Positions 52,952 to 64,000 of a stretch of 64,000 bases of DNA are shown here, in pieces. Each line of letters starts with the position of its first letter. Position 1 is the stretch's first letter. The position numbers and the translations under genes were made by a program. The DNA lies in the NCBI GenBank assembly GCA_963422265.1, contig OY729416.1, positions 1,376,001-1,440,000 on the forward strand, in the 5' to 3' direction. Below the pieces are notes generated by a model. That model saw only the letters and a list, made by a program, of their open reading frames with translations, was not told the DNA's origin and ran no database searches. This DNA is from Thermodesulfobacteriota bacterium. GTDB lineage: Bacteria; Desulfobacterota_D; UBA1144; Nemesobacterales; UBA2774.

Positions 52952-53037
52952 TTAATTACCCTATTCTGCTCATTATCCTATTCTTCAAAAAGTCACTTTC
53001 TTTAGCTTATTCAACTGAGCATTGTGAAAGCAATTAT

Positions 53038-54135
53038 TCAGCTGAACTCTACCCTGCTTTGGAGAACTATTTCATCCATTATTTCTCTAATCTTATTTCT
53101 CTTCACTTGTTCCGCAAATATCTCAATGAGTTTTGGAATATTGATCACATCCTCCACAGAGTTCATGTAACGCTGCACTATAGCTTTTATCCCATATAAA
53201 GATTGAGCATTAGATTCTAATCGCTCATAGATTTTTCCTTCTTCCAACTCTGTTTTAATTACAAAGGTGATTGGATATCGTTACACTTTATCAATATCTA
53301 GGAAGTATTTTTTAAAGTCTAACGTTTCAGTCACTTGGAAAAATCTTCCCAATGGTTTCATTACGAAATCAATCCCACCATCATTAGCGTTGGTCCGACC
53401 CGTTTTATACAGCATGAGAGGCTCTTCGTTTAATTCATCTGGTTCCCATCCCCAATATAAAATGGTATCCGCATAATGTGCTTTCAATACAGCGTAACTA
53501 ACAATTTCAAATATCCTTGCATCTATATTTGGTTGGATTTGCTGATTTACAAATTCTATCGCTTTATCAGCATCCTCATCTGGAACCTGTGCAAGCTCCG
53601 ATGTATAAGCGACAAACTGGTCAAAAACCGATCTTTTCGCCTCAACATAGGAATCAATTATTTCAATAATCGCACGGGCAATATTATACTGTTCTCCTCC
53701 AGCAGATATTTTTAGAAGATTTTCGTTTATCCAATATCTTTTAGTAGTAAGGTCTCTTATAATCGGTTGGCACTGAACGTCTGGGAAGAACTTCCTGAAC
53801 TCATCGTTCATTCGGTTGTTTAGTGCGTGATTTTGAAGCCTTTGCCCAAAAGGCAGCTCCCTGATTCGTGTGAATAATTCTGTATAAACAGCCCCTTCAT
53901 ACTCTGAATATAAGTCATCACCATCAGCAAAACCTTGTAATATATAATCTTCTACAAGAGCGTAAATGGTATAATGGTTTGCAAATGCCCCTCTTGATTT
54001 ACTACTACGGTTCGCAGACTTGGTTTTGTTGTTTAAGTATTTTATAAGATAGCTTTTTTCAAAAACCTCTTTGGCATCACCGCCAAAATGATTTTTGAGG
54101 ACGCCTTTTATGACAGAGGTGAATCCATGTTCCAT
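53038..54135 (-). pseudogene. Type II restriction endonuclease interrupted by an in-frame TAA
   Basis: GRTNANDGGIDFVMKPLGRFFQVTE; DIDKV*RYPITFVIKTELEEG continues in frame; next to a methyltransferase. Confidence 0.78.
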
Positions 54136-54137
54136 AA

Positions 54138-54998
54138 CTAAAATAACTCAACTTGATTCTCATCTTTTTCCAACCCATTTTTTCTTGTATAGGTTTTATC
54201 TAGCGGCTTGAGTCTTTCGCCATTAAGCTCATCCGTGATATTCAACCTACGCAAACCAATCTTAAAGAAATCTTCCTGGAGTTCGATGCCAATAGATCTA
54301 CGCCCTAGACGTTGAGCAACCGCACACGTAGTGAAAGTTCCAGCGAAAGGATCTAGAACTAAATCTCCTTCGTTCGAGCTCGCGTTAATTATCCTTTCCA
54401 TCAATGCCTCAGGTTTTTGAGATGGATGAACTTCATACTCATCCATCTTATAACGCACCCGTGGAAATTCCCAAACGTTACCCGGCACCTTTTTAGTATT
54501 ATAAATTCTTGGTGTTTTACCTCTATAATCAATAAGACCACGCCTTGCACCCGTTCTTGCTTCAACGAGAATGTCCTCCGCATTGAATGTATAATTAGTT
54601 CTATCTTTGACGCAAAACAAGATTGGCTCCCAAAGGGAGCCATAATATTTTTTAGCCTGTACACTAGAGCTATCATACGACCAGACAATACGGGATAAGA
54701 CGGTTAATTTGTCCCGTAAGTATAAATCTAAATAGGGCATTGCTTGTGTGCTAGTCATTAAATACATCGAGCCACTTGGCTTTAGCTTTTTCAAGCAAAT
54801 GTCAATCCATTCATAGCACCATTCAACATATTCTCTATCACTAGGCCATTTATCATGAAAGCTCACAAAATTTTTTCCGATATTGTAAGGCGGATCAACA
54901 AAGATTAAATCAACCGAAGCATCTGTCACTTGACTGTCAAGCACTTCCCCAGCGTTGTCGTTGATTACTCGACTGAGTTCATTTTCAAGAATCTTCAT
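54138..54998 (-). CDS. DNA adenine methyltransferase, beta class (YhdJ-like)
   Basis: DPPY before HPSQKP and LDPFAGTFTT. Confidence 0.92.
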   Translation of the reverse strand: MKILENELSRVINDNAGEVLDSQVTDASVDLIFVDPPYNIGKNFVSFHDKWPSDREYVEWCYEWIDICLKKLKPSGSMYLMTSTQAMPYLDLYLRDKLTVLSRIVWSYDSSSVQAKKYYGSLWEPILFCVKDRTNYTFNAEDILVEARTGARRGLIDYRGKTPRIYNTKKVPGNVWEFPRVRYKMDEYEVHPSQKPEALMERIINASSNEGDLVLDPFAGTFTTCAVAQRLGRRSIGIELQEDFFKIGLRRLNITDELNGERLKPLDKTYTRKNGLEKDENQVELF

Positions 54999-55094
54999 AG
55001 TTAGGCTTTACTATTACCTTTATGTATGGACCTCCACCTATATTTTACCAAACCCAATCCCTGCTTGAAAATACAACTTTACAATAAGAACGCG

Positions 55095-55415
55095 TCAGCT
55101 AACCATTCTTTTAGTAACGTAGCAGCCGTCTTTGAAATCAGCAAAGAATACGGATAAAAATGGGTGGTCTATTGGTTTTGCTGTCTCGTCAGGCTCAAGG
55201 TTCCTTTCAGTCACGTAGGTCACGTGCACAGCTTTGTCCACCAAAACGTGATACCAGGGCTTATTCTTAGGTGGTCTAGAAAGGGCGACCTTATCATACC
55301 ATTCATTGGTATTGTTAAATACTAGGTCAACGTCCACAACCACGCCCCGGTAATCAAACATCTTGTGGTGAACTACTTGTCCTATTGAGAATCTCACGCG
55401 TTTTTCTTCAAGCAT
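55095..55415 (-). CDS. hspQ: Heat-shock protein HspQ (YccV-like)
   Basis: FSIGQVVHH..YRGVVVDVD, PWYHVLVD, YVTERNL. Confidence 0.92.
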   Translation of the reverse strand: MLEEKRVRFSIGQVVHHKMFDYRGVVVDVDLVFNNTNEWYDKVALSRPPKNKPWYHVLVDKAVHVTYVTERNLEPDETAKPIDHPFLSVFFADFKDGCYVTKRMVS

Positions 55416-55538
55416 CCTTTTATCATTCTCCGCTTCAAATAGCTATAAACTAATATGATTTGATTATTCTATTATGCTCAGGCTATGATTTCAAGAATAT
55501 AAATTGAGTGTTGATAGGCTAATTGATATAATCTATGA

Positions 55539-58166
55539 GTGATGTCTTCACAGACTCCCATGCTGGAGCAATATAAGAAAATAAAGAAAGAGTATCCGGA
55601 CTCAATACTTTTTTTTCGCCTCGGGGATTTTTACGAAATGTTTTATGAGGATGCTAAAATTGCATCAAGGGTACTCGGTATCGCTTTGACGTCCAGAAAT
55701 AAATCCAAAAAGAACCCGATCCCTCTTTGCGGCGTTCCTCATCATAGCGCTGAGCCTTACCTAGCCAAGCTTCTTAAGGAAGGGCATAAAGTAGCGATAT
55801 GCGAGCAGGTTGATGACCCAAAACCAGCAAAGGGAGTCGTCAGAAGAAAGGTGGTGAGAGTTTTCAGCCCCGGAGTAGTTCTGGACTCAGAACACCTAGA
55901 CTCAAAGTCTAATAATTACCTTGCGAGCATCTACTTAGGCGGTGATCCCCTATCCAATCGGGATCAGGAAAGCGTTTACGGACTAGCTTACGCCGATATA
56001 TCAACGGGATTATTTAGGACTACTTCGTTAGATTCATTAGATGCCCTAGCGGATGAGATATCTAGAATAGAACCCAAGGAGCTCCTCCTTCAGGAAGAGG
56101 TAAGTCAAGACGATAGCCTTCTCTCTTCAATAATCAGAAAAGCTGAGTTGCTGATAACGCCCCTTAATTCATGGATATGGGATAGAGAAAGCGCTAGGGA
56201 ATTATTGCTCGATCACCTCTCAACGCGCACACTTGAGCCGTATGGGCTTGAAGAGAATCCGGAAGCCACAGTGGCGTGCAGCTCATTGGTTCAATATCTG
56301 AAAGACACCCAGCTTGAGGATATGCCCTTACTTAACGACCCTCATCTCTATCAAAAATCCGATTTCCTTATAATCGACGATTCCACAAAGAGGAATCTCG
56401 AAATCCTTCAACCTATTAGGGGAGATTCTTCTGAGGGATCGCTAATATGGGTAATTGACGAGACGCGAACGGCCATGGGCGCGAGGCTCATCAAGGAATG
56501 GCTGAACTACCCCCTTATAGAGAAGCAAAAAATAGAAGAGCGCCTTGACTCCGTGGCAGAGTTTAAAATAAAAACGAGCCTCAGCCTAGAGCTTGAAAGT
56601 GCATTAAAGGAGATTGGGGACATAGAAAGACTCATCGGCAGGATTTCAACGTCATCTGGGAGGCCCAGGGATCTAGCGTCCATAAGGGACTCATCCCACT
56701 TCATAACGAAAATTAGGGACGCTCTAGGCGACGCCGATTCTAGGATTCTAAAAGAGATTGGAAGGACAATCGATAACTTCTCGGACGTAAAAAAGATGAT
56801 TGAAGGAACCATAGTGGAGAATCCACCCGCCTCCGGGCGAGACGGGGGAATAATAAGAGATGGGTTTAACGCTGAGCTTGATGGGCTTAAATCCATAAGA
56901 CGGGATGGGAAAAAGTGGATAGCCAAACTTGAAGCGAATGAAAGAGAGTCAACAGGAATAGGCTCCCTCAAGGTAAGCTACAATAGAGTGTTTGGCTATT
57001 ACATAGAGGTCAGCAAAATAAATCTAAATTCCGTGCCGGAAAGGTATATAAGGAAGCAGACCTTAGTCAACGCCGAGAGGTTCATAACGGATAATCTCAA
57101 GGAGTACGAGGAAAAAATCCTAGGAGCGGAAGACAGGATTATTGATATAGAAAGAGAACTTTTCGATGAGATAAGAAAGCGGGTAGCCAATGAGGCTGAG
57201 CGTATAAGGCGGACGTCATCGCTTATTGCCCAGGTGGACGTGCTCTGTGCTTTTTCGCGAGCCTCTGAGAAGAACGACTACGTGAGACCCATTATAACTG
57301 ACGATAAAGTCATAGAACTTAAAAATAATCGTCACCCGGTGATTGAAAGAATGCGGCTGGGCGAGCGTTTTGTTCCTAACAACATAAAACTCGATCCTAA
57401 TGAGAACCAATTTCTCATTATCACGGGTCCCAACATGGCAGGCAAATCAACGCTTATTAGGCAGGTTGCGCTAACTATACTCATGGCTCAGATCGGGTGC
57501 TTTGTTCCCGCGTCTTATGCGAAGATTGGAATAGCGGACAAAATCTTCAGCAGAGTCGGAGCCTCAGATAATTTGGCAAGAGGGCAATCCACCTTTATGG
57601 TAGAAATGGTCGAAACCGCTTATATACTAAGACACTCAACGGAGAAGAGCCTGGTAATCCTTGATGAGATTGGAAGGGGCACAAGCACTTTTGACGGTAT
57701 GAGCATTGCCTGGGCGGTCGCCGAATCCTTGCACGACAAGGGGTGTAGGACGCTCTTCGCTACTCACTATCACGAGCTCGCCGGGCTTGCTTTATCTAAA
57801 AGTAGGACTAAGAACTACAATATATATGTAAAGAACAGTGGAGATAATATCGTATTTCTAAGAAAGTTAGTTCCCGGCGCCGCAAGCCACAGCTACGGCA
57901 TTCACGTTGCCAAACTAGCCGGAGTGCCAGAGCCCGTTATAAAGTCAGCTCGCAAGATACTATCAAACTTAGAAAAATCTCAATCTGAACTCAGAAACTC
58001 AATTCTCGGCGGACAAACGTCATTGTTTAAGCAAGTGGATGAGAACAAAATGCAGGAGGAACATCCCATAGTAACAGAGATTAGAGAACTAGACGTTAAT
58101 TCTATGACCCCGCTTGACGCTTTAACCAAACTTGCCGAGGTAAAAAAGACATTAGAAAAAACTTAA
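55539..58166 (+). CDS. mutS: DNA mismatch repair protein MutS
   Basis: GDFYEMF, GPNMAGKST, DEIGRGTS. Confidence 0.97.
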   Translation: MMSSQTPMLEQYKKIKKEYPDSILFFRLGDFYEMFYEDAKIASRVLGIALTSRNKSKKNPIPLCGVPHHSAEPYLAKLLKEGHKVAICEQVDDPKPAKGVVRRKVVRVFSPGVVLDSEHLDSKSNNYLASIYLGGDPLSNRDQESVYGLAYADISTGLFRTTSLDSLDALADEISRIEPKELLLQEEVSQDDSLLSSIIRKAELLITPLNSWIWDRESARELLLDHLSTRTLEPYGLEENPEATVACSSLVQYLKDTQLEDMPLLNDPHLYQKSDFLIIDDSTKRNLEILQPIRGDSSEGSLIWVIDETRTAMGARLIKEWLNYPLIEKQKIEERLDSVAEFKIKTSLSLELESALKEIGDIERLIGRISTSSGRPRDLASIRDSSHFITKIRDALGDADSRILKEIGRTIDNFSDVKKMIEGTIVENPPASGRDGGIIRDGFNAELDGLKSIRRDGKKWIAKLEANERESTGIGSLKVSYNRVFGYYIEVSKINLNSVPERYIRKQTLVNAERFITDNLKEYEEKILGAEDRIIDIERELFDEIRKRVANEAERIRRTSSLIAQVDVLCAFSRASEKNDYVRPIITDDKVIELKNNRHPVIERMRLGERFVPNNIKLDPNENQFLIITGPNMAGKSTLIRQVALTILMAQIGCFVPASYAKIGIADKIFSRVGASDNLARGQSTFMVEMVETAYILRHSTEKSLVILDEIGRGTSTFDGMSIAWAVAESLHDKGCRTLFATHYHELAGLALSKSRTKNYNIYVKNSGDNIVFLRKLVPGAASHSYGIHVAKLAGVPEPVIKSARKILSNLEKSQSELRNSILGGQTSLFKQVDENKMQEEHPIVTEIRELDVNSMTPLDALTKLAEVKKTLEKT

Positions 58167-58186
58167 GAATCTAGATACACGTTTTT

Positions 58187-58552
58187 ATGACCAAGAACAA
58201 AAGAGCAACAGGAAAAAGAGGAGAAGATATAGCTTGCAGGTTTCTGAAGAAAGATAGTTATAAAATTTTGCAAAAGAACTTCAGATGCCACCAGGGGGAG
58301 ATTGACCTAATTGCTAAGGATAAAGATGGCGTGCTCTGTTTCGTTGAGGTAAAAGCTAGAAACTCTGAAGATTTCGGACTTCCTGAAGAGTCTATAACCT
58401 ATTGGAAAAGAAAGAAGTTATTATATATCGCCTTAGCTTACATCGAGGTGAAAAAACTTAAATCAAAGGCTATGCGCTTTGACGTGGTGTCCATCAACCT
58501 TGCTAACAATAAAACAACGATTATCAAAAATGCCTTTGATGTTAACGACTAA
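58187..58552 (+). CDS. yraN: YraN-family protein
   Basis: GEIDLIA, FVEVKAR, RFDVV. Confidence 0.92.
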   Translation: MTKNKRATGKRGEDIACRFLKKDSYKILQKNFRCHQGEIDLIAKDKDGVLCFVEVKARNSEDFGLPEESITYWKRKKLLYIALAYIEVKKLKSKAMRFDVVSINLANNKTTIIKNAFDVND

Positions 58553-58722
58553 ACTACACCTCGTATAGACTAAGATGAAAGTTTTTATCAATTCTCCCTT
58601 GACACGCATAAATTCATGCATAGTTTATATCTGGTATTTCACTAGCCGTAATATAACTTTGATTTTTCACGTTGTAGATAATGGAATATTGAATTACGTT
58701 GAATTAGGGAGGTATTGTATTT

Positions 58723-59010
58723 ATGAAGGTAAGGCCTCTACAGGACAAGGTATTGGTAAAGCGTATAGATGCGCCTGAGAAGACGAAGGGTGGTATAATA
58801 GTTCCTGACACGGCATCTGAGAAGCCGCAGGAGGGTGCAGTAGTAGCAGTGGGGAAAGGAGCGATAACGTCTGAGGGTGGAGTAAGGGCTCTTGACGTTA
58901 AGGAGGGCGACAGGATTTTGTTTAGCAAGTATGGTGGGACGGAGATAAGCATAGAGGGGGAGGAGTATTTGATAATAAGGGAAGAGGAGATATTAGCGGT
59001 AATTGAGTAG
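58723..59010 (+). CDS. groES: Co-chaperonin GroES
   Basis: [26 protein letters not shown]. Confidence 0.97.
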   Translation: MKVRPLQDKVLVKRIDAPEKTKGGIIVPDTASEKPQEGAVVAVGKGAITSEGGVRALDVKEGDRILFSKYGGTEISIEGEEYLIIREEEILAVIE

Positions 59011-59053
59011 GGGGTTAGTGGGGATGGGGATACATCAAGCAAAAGACATTTAG

Positions 59054-60715
<1,662 letters not shown>

Positions 60716-60745
60716 TCGCATAAAAAGACGAAAGCACATGAAGAG

Positions 60746-60782
60746 AAGGCGGCTACTCTTAAAAGGAGCTAGCCGCTTTTTT
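60746..60782 (+). terminator. Intrinsic terminator after groEL
   Basis: GCGGCTA..TAGCCGC stem followed by T6. Confidence 0.8.
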
Positions 60783-60795
60783 ATTTGGTTTGTAC

Positions 60796-61686
60796 CTATG
60801 ACAGATTATTGAATTTGTAACCTATAGATTTATAGGCAAGTTTAGCAGCTAAAACGTCAGGAGCCACTATCCCCCCGATTGGAGCTAGTTCTACAATGTC
60901 TAGCCCTATTACTTCACGACTTTGAAACACGCTCTTAATAAGCTCTAACACTTCATACCATCCGAGTCCCCCAGGTTCAGGGGTTCCCGTTCCTGGTGCT
61001 ATAGAAGGATCAAATACATCTATATCTACGCTTATATAAACCTTTGGAAGTAAGCTGGATAGTGCTCTCTCAACCCAAGATTCACTGTCTTCTCTCAAAA
61101 TCTCCCTAGCGTGTATCACATTTATGCGTTCCCCGACTTTAATAAACTCAGCCTCTTCAGAAGAATAACTCCTAATGCCAACTTGCGTAACGGGACACCC
61201 TGTCTCTACAATCCTACGCATAACACAGGCGTGATTTAGTTTTGTCCCCTCATAGAAATTTCTCAGATCACAATGAGCATCTACACTCAAAACTGAAAAC
61301 TCGCAGTGTTTTTCTCGATGTCCAGCTACAACGCCATAGGTAATTAAATGCTCGCCTCCGAGCGCAACGATGAACTTATCCGCGTCCAGGAGGCTCTTGC
61401 ACGTGCGGCTAACATCTCTTATCATGTCTTTGGGCTCAACGTCCAATTCAAGCTCGGAAAGCGTGTGAATACCAACCTTACAAGGCTCGAATCCAAGTTC
61501 ATCGTCGTAAAGTTCAAGGGAGCGTGAAGCGTAAATTATTGAACTTGGACCTCTGGACGTTCCCCTGCCGAATGATACCGTTCTCTCGTAAGGAACTGGC
61601 AATACTACGACTTTTGATCCTTCAAATTGCGAGTCTGGCTCTTGAAGCCCTAAAAAATTATTTGCTAGAAAATTTCCTTTAATCAT
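60796..61686 (-). CDS. speB: Agmatinase
   Basis: LGGEH, DAHCD, DIDVFDP..APGTGTPEPGG. Confidence 0.92.
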   Translation of the reverse strand: MIKGNFLANNFLGLQEPDSQFEGSKVVVLPVPYERTVSFGRGTSRGPSSIIYASRSLELYDDELGFEPCKVGIHTLSELELDVEPKDMIRDVSRTCKSLLDADKFIVALGGEHLITYGVVAGHREKHCEFSVLSVDAHCDLRNFYEGTKLNHACVMRRIVETGCPVTQVGIRSYSSEEAEFIKVGERINVIHAREILREDSESWVERALSSLLPKVYISVDIDVFDPSIAPGTGTPEPGGLGWYEVLELIKSVFQSREVIGLDIVELAPIGGIVAPDVLAAKLAYKSIGYKFNNLS

Positions 61687-61912
61687 CTGACCTATGGGGT
61701 TGCTTATGTTACACAATTATTTAGGAATGTAACAACGTTTTAATGTGTATATAACAATGCGTTAATACTAAAATAGGTTCTACACGCACTAGATGAGACT
61801 AGCTTACTAGTTTGGAATAATTCATAGAGAGTGAAGCCCTCTACTTTCCTTTGACTTAGCATGTTAGTATATTAAAATGCGATAGAATTTTAGAATTCAC
61901 CTTACGCCTACT

Positions 61913-62611
61913 ATGACTAAAGAGAACCCTCATTACATTGGGCATAGAGAAAGGTTGAGGAAGCGGTTTTTGAAATCTGGAGCAGAGGGTTTCCACGATT
62001 ATGAGATTCTTGAGCTTCTTTTAACTTATTCTATTCCGAGAGTGGACGTAAAACCACTTGCAAAAAAATTGTTAGGCCATTTCGGGAGTCTCTCTCGCGT
62101 TTTCGACGCAAGTCGCAAAGAGATTGAGGAGATTCAGGGGCTGGGTTCTGCCTCAGTAACTTTAATAAAACTCGTAAAGGGAGTGGGATCTAAGTATCTA
62201 GCGGAAAAGATGGAAGACAAAGATTTTCTTTCCTGCCCCAGCGCCGTATTTGAATTCTCGCGTTTTGAGCTAGAAGGTCGTTCCCACGAAGCTTTTATGG
62301 TAATTTATCTAAATACGAAGAACAAGGTGATACATCACGAGATTTTACAGGAAGGCGACGTGGACACGGTAGCCGTATATCCGAGAAGAGTTGTTGAATC
62401 GGCACTTTCTCATCACTCTTCAGGGCTTATTCTTGCCCACAATCATCCAAGTGGCAACCCCATTCCCTCGGAAGAGGATAAACGACTTACCAAAGATATC
62501 GCTAGTGCGTCTAGCACGCTAAGCATTAGGGTTTTGGATCACGTCATAGTAGGGAAAGATACCTACTTTAGCTTTGCTGAGCACAATTTATTACCCGCTA
62601 ACGTTGGATAA
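61913..62611 (+). CDS. radC: RadC/JAB-domain protein
   Basis: GHRERLR, HNHPSG..PS.ED, LDHVIV. Confidence 0.94.
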   Translation: MTKENPHYIGHRERLRKRFLKSGAEGFHDYEILELLLTYSIPRVDVKPLAKKLLGHFGSLSRVFDASRKEIEEIQGLGSASVTLIKLVKGVGSKYLAEKMEDKDFLSCPSAVFEFSRFELEGRSHEAFMVIYLNTKNKVIHHEILQEGDVDTVAVYPRRVVESALSHHSSGLILAHNHPSGNPIPSEEDKRLTKDIASASSTLSIRVLDHVIVGKDTYFSFAEHNLLPANVG

Positions 62612-62783
62612 TTGAGTGTCAAGTGCATTTTGAGCTATAACCTAAGCACACGCATTTAGTCTCAGTCCACTTTGCTTGACTAATGCGTCTCTTCTTTTTA
62701 TGATAAACTAACTACTCAGATCGCATAGCGTGTTTCAAACAACACAGGCACTTCGCGAGATGCCCTTTTAGGAGACGCATATT

Positions 62784-64000
62784 ATGAAACCAATTATAAT
62801 GGCTGTTTTGATCACGACCGCTTTTGCATTCTTTTTCTACAACATCTATAACCTTATAAAGATACTACGCTTGGGTAAGAGTGAGATGAGATTTGATAAT
62901 CTTACCGAGAGGTTTAGACGCGTTTTAGTTTACGTTTTTGGACAAAAAAGGCTTCTAAAAAACTATACCTTCGCTGGAATTGAGCATTTTATGATTTTCT
63001 GGGGCTTCGTGATTATCACTATAGGAACAATTGAAATGCTAGCTGGCGGCGTCATTGCAGGATTCAAGCTGATACCGGATCCTGCCCACGCTGTTTATGA
63101 ATTTATACTTGATATAGTTCAGCTATTTGTTCTGATAGCAATTATTATGGGAATAATCAATCGAACGACGATTGCTAAGAGAAGAGAAGTAAACGGATTA
63201 GACGCAGTGGTAATCTTGGGACTGATTTTTGGGCTTATCATAACGGCATTTGGCGCGACAGGATCAAAAATAGCTATGGCTGGAGAATTATCTGGGTGGC
63301 ATCCTGTATCCAGCACTTTTGCAGGCTTGTTCTTCTTGGGCATGAGCGAAAATGGTTTGGTTTTCTCTCACGAATTCTTCTGGTGGTTCCACGTGCTTAT
63401 AGTTCTCGGTTTTCTTAACTATCTTCCTTATTCCAAACACAGCCACGTTTTCACCGCAGTGCCAAACGTGTTTTTTCAAAATTTAGAACCCAGGGGTGCG
63501 TTGAAGCCTATTGATTTCGAGAACATGCCGGATGACATAGATCATTTTGGGGCTGGAACAATAAAAGATTTTACGTGGAAGGATATTCTGGACGCCTACA
63601 CTTGCACAGAATGCGGAAGATGCACCGATAACTGCCCAGCGTGGCACACTGAAAAACCACTTTCACCTAGGGAAATCGTTGTAAAACTTAGGCATTACGC
63701 GTCAAGCGATGGAAAAAGCCTAATGAATGAGGATGGTTCATCAAATGGAGATAGAACCGCTAAAATAATCCCCGGACCTGAATGGATTACTGAAGACGAA
63801 TTATGGGCTTGCACTAGCTGTAACGCGTGCGTGGAACAGTGTCCATTGTTCATTGACCAAATGGGGAAGATTATGGAGATGAGGCGCTTTTTAACCCTTG
63901 AGGGAAGGCTAACGGGCACAGCGGTTAAAACCTTACAAGCTCTTCAGACCCAGGGAAACCCGTGGGGATTTAGCGATAGAGATAGGGCTAAATGGGTATC
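62784..64000 (+). CDS. Membrane Fe-S oxidoreductase (FadF/HdrD-like), runs off the window edge
   Basis: Manual translation from ATG 62784 after AGGAG: HFMIFWGF, LPYSKHSH, CTECGRCTDNCP, CTSCNACVEQCP. Confidence 0.88.
   Translation, partial: MKPIIMAVLITTAFAFFFYNIYNLIKILRLGKSEMRFDNLTERFRRVLVYVFGQKRLLKNYTFAGIEHFMIFWGFVIITIGTIEMLAGGVIAGFKLIPDPAHAVYEFILDIVQLFVLIAIIMGIINRTTIAKRREVNGLDAVVILGLIFGLIITAFGATGSKIAMAGELSGWHPVSSTFAGLFFLGMSENGLVFSHEFFWWFHVLIVLGFLNYLPYSKHSHVFTAVPNVFFQNLEPRGALKPIDFENMPDDIDHFGAGTIKDFTWKDILDAYTCTECGRCTDNCPAWHTEKPLSPREIVVKLRHYASSDGKSLMNEDGSSNGDRTAKIIPGPEWITEDELWACTSCNACVEQCPLFIDQMGKIMEMRRFLTLEGRLTGTAVKTLQALQTQGNPWGFSDRDRAKWV

Noticed and set aside
58560-58722. CIRCE operator before groES
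   Set aside because: No TTAGCACTC-N9-GAGTGCTAA match seen

Overview
Bacterial chromosomal window with a housekeeping backbone: lepA, a sigma70 paralog, sod, sufBCD-Rieske, an RND pump, HU, coaBC, gap-pgk-fbaB, prmC-murA-hisG, pstSCAB-arsC-phoU, hisC-tyrA, mutS, groESL, speB and radC. Gene content suggests a Desulfobacterota/Dadabacteria-like host (inference only). The centre (about 18.3-36.2 kb) is accessory. It holds a complete type I-B CRISPR-Cas locus (cas6, cas8, cas7, cas5, cas3, cas4, cas1, cas2; 58 repeats and 57 spacers by my count), followed by a Mu-like prophage remnant full of palindromic repeats. Two signals stand out. (1) A hidden mini-array between cas6 and cas8 whose short spacer matches 16/17 nt of a promoter region about 90 nt downstream (CreA/CreR-like guide RNA). 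(2) A ~165-nt hairpin-rich unit with its own near-consensus promoter and terminator, directly behind a MuF protein with a PBECR-like nuclease tail and no immunity ORF (candidate RNA antitoxin). Also present: an internal Cas11 start, TA remnants inside the cas operon, informative spacer families, a nonsense-broken restriction enzyme, a decayed DMF-amidase-like gene and a strikingly C-poor groESL.
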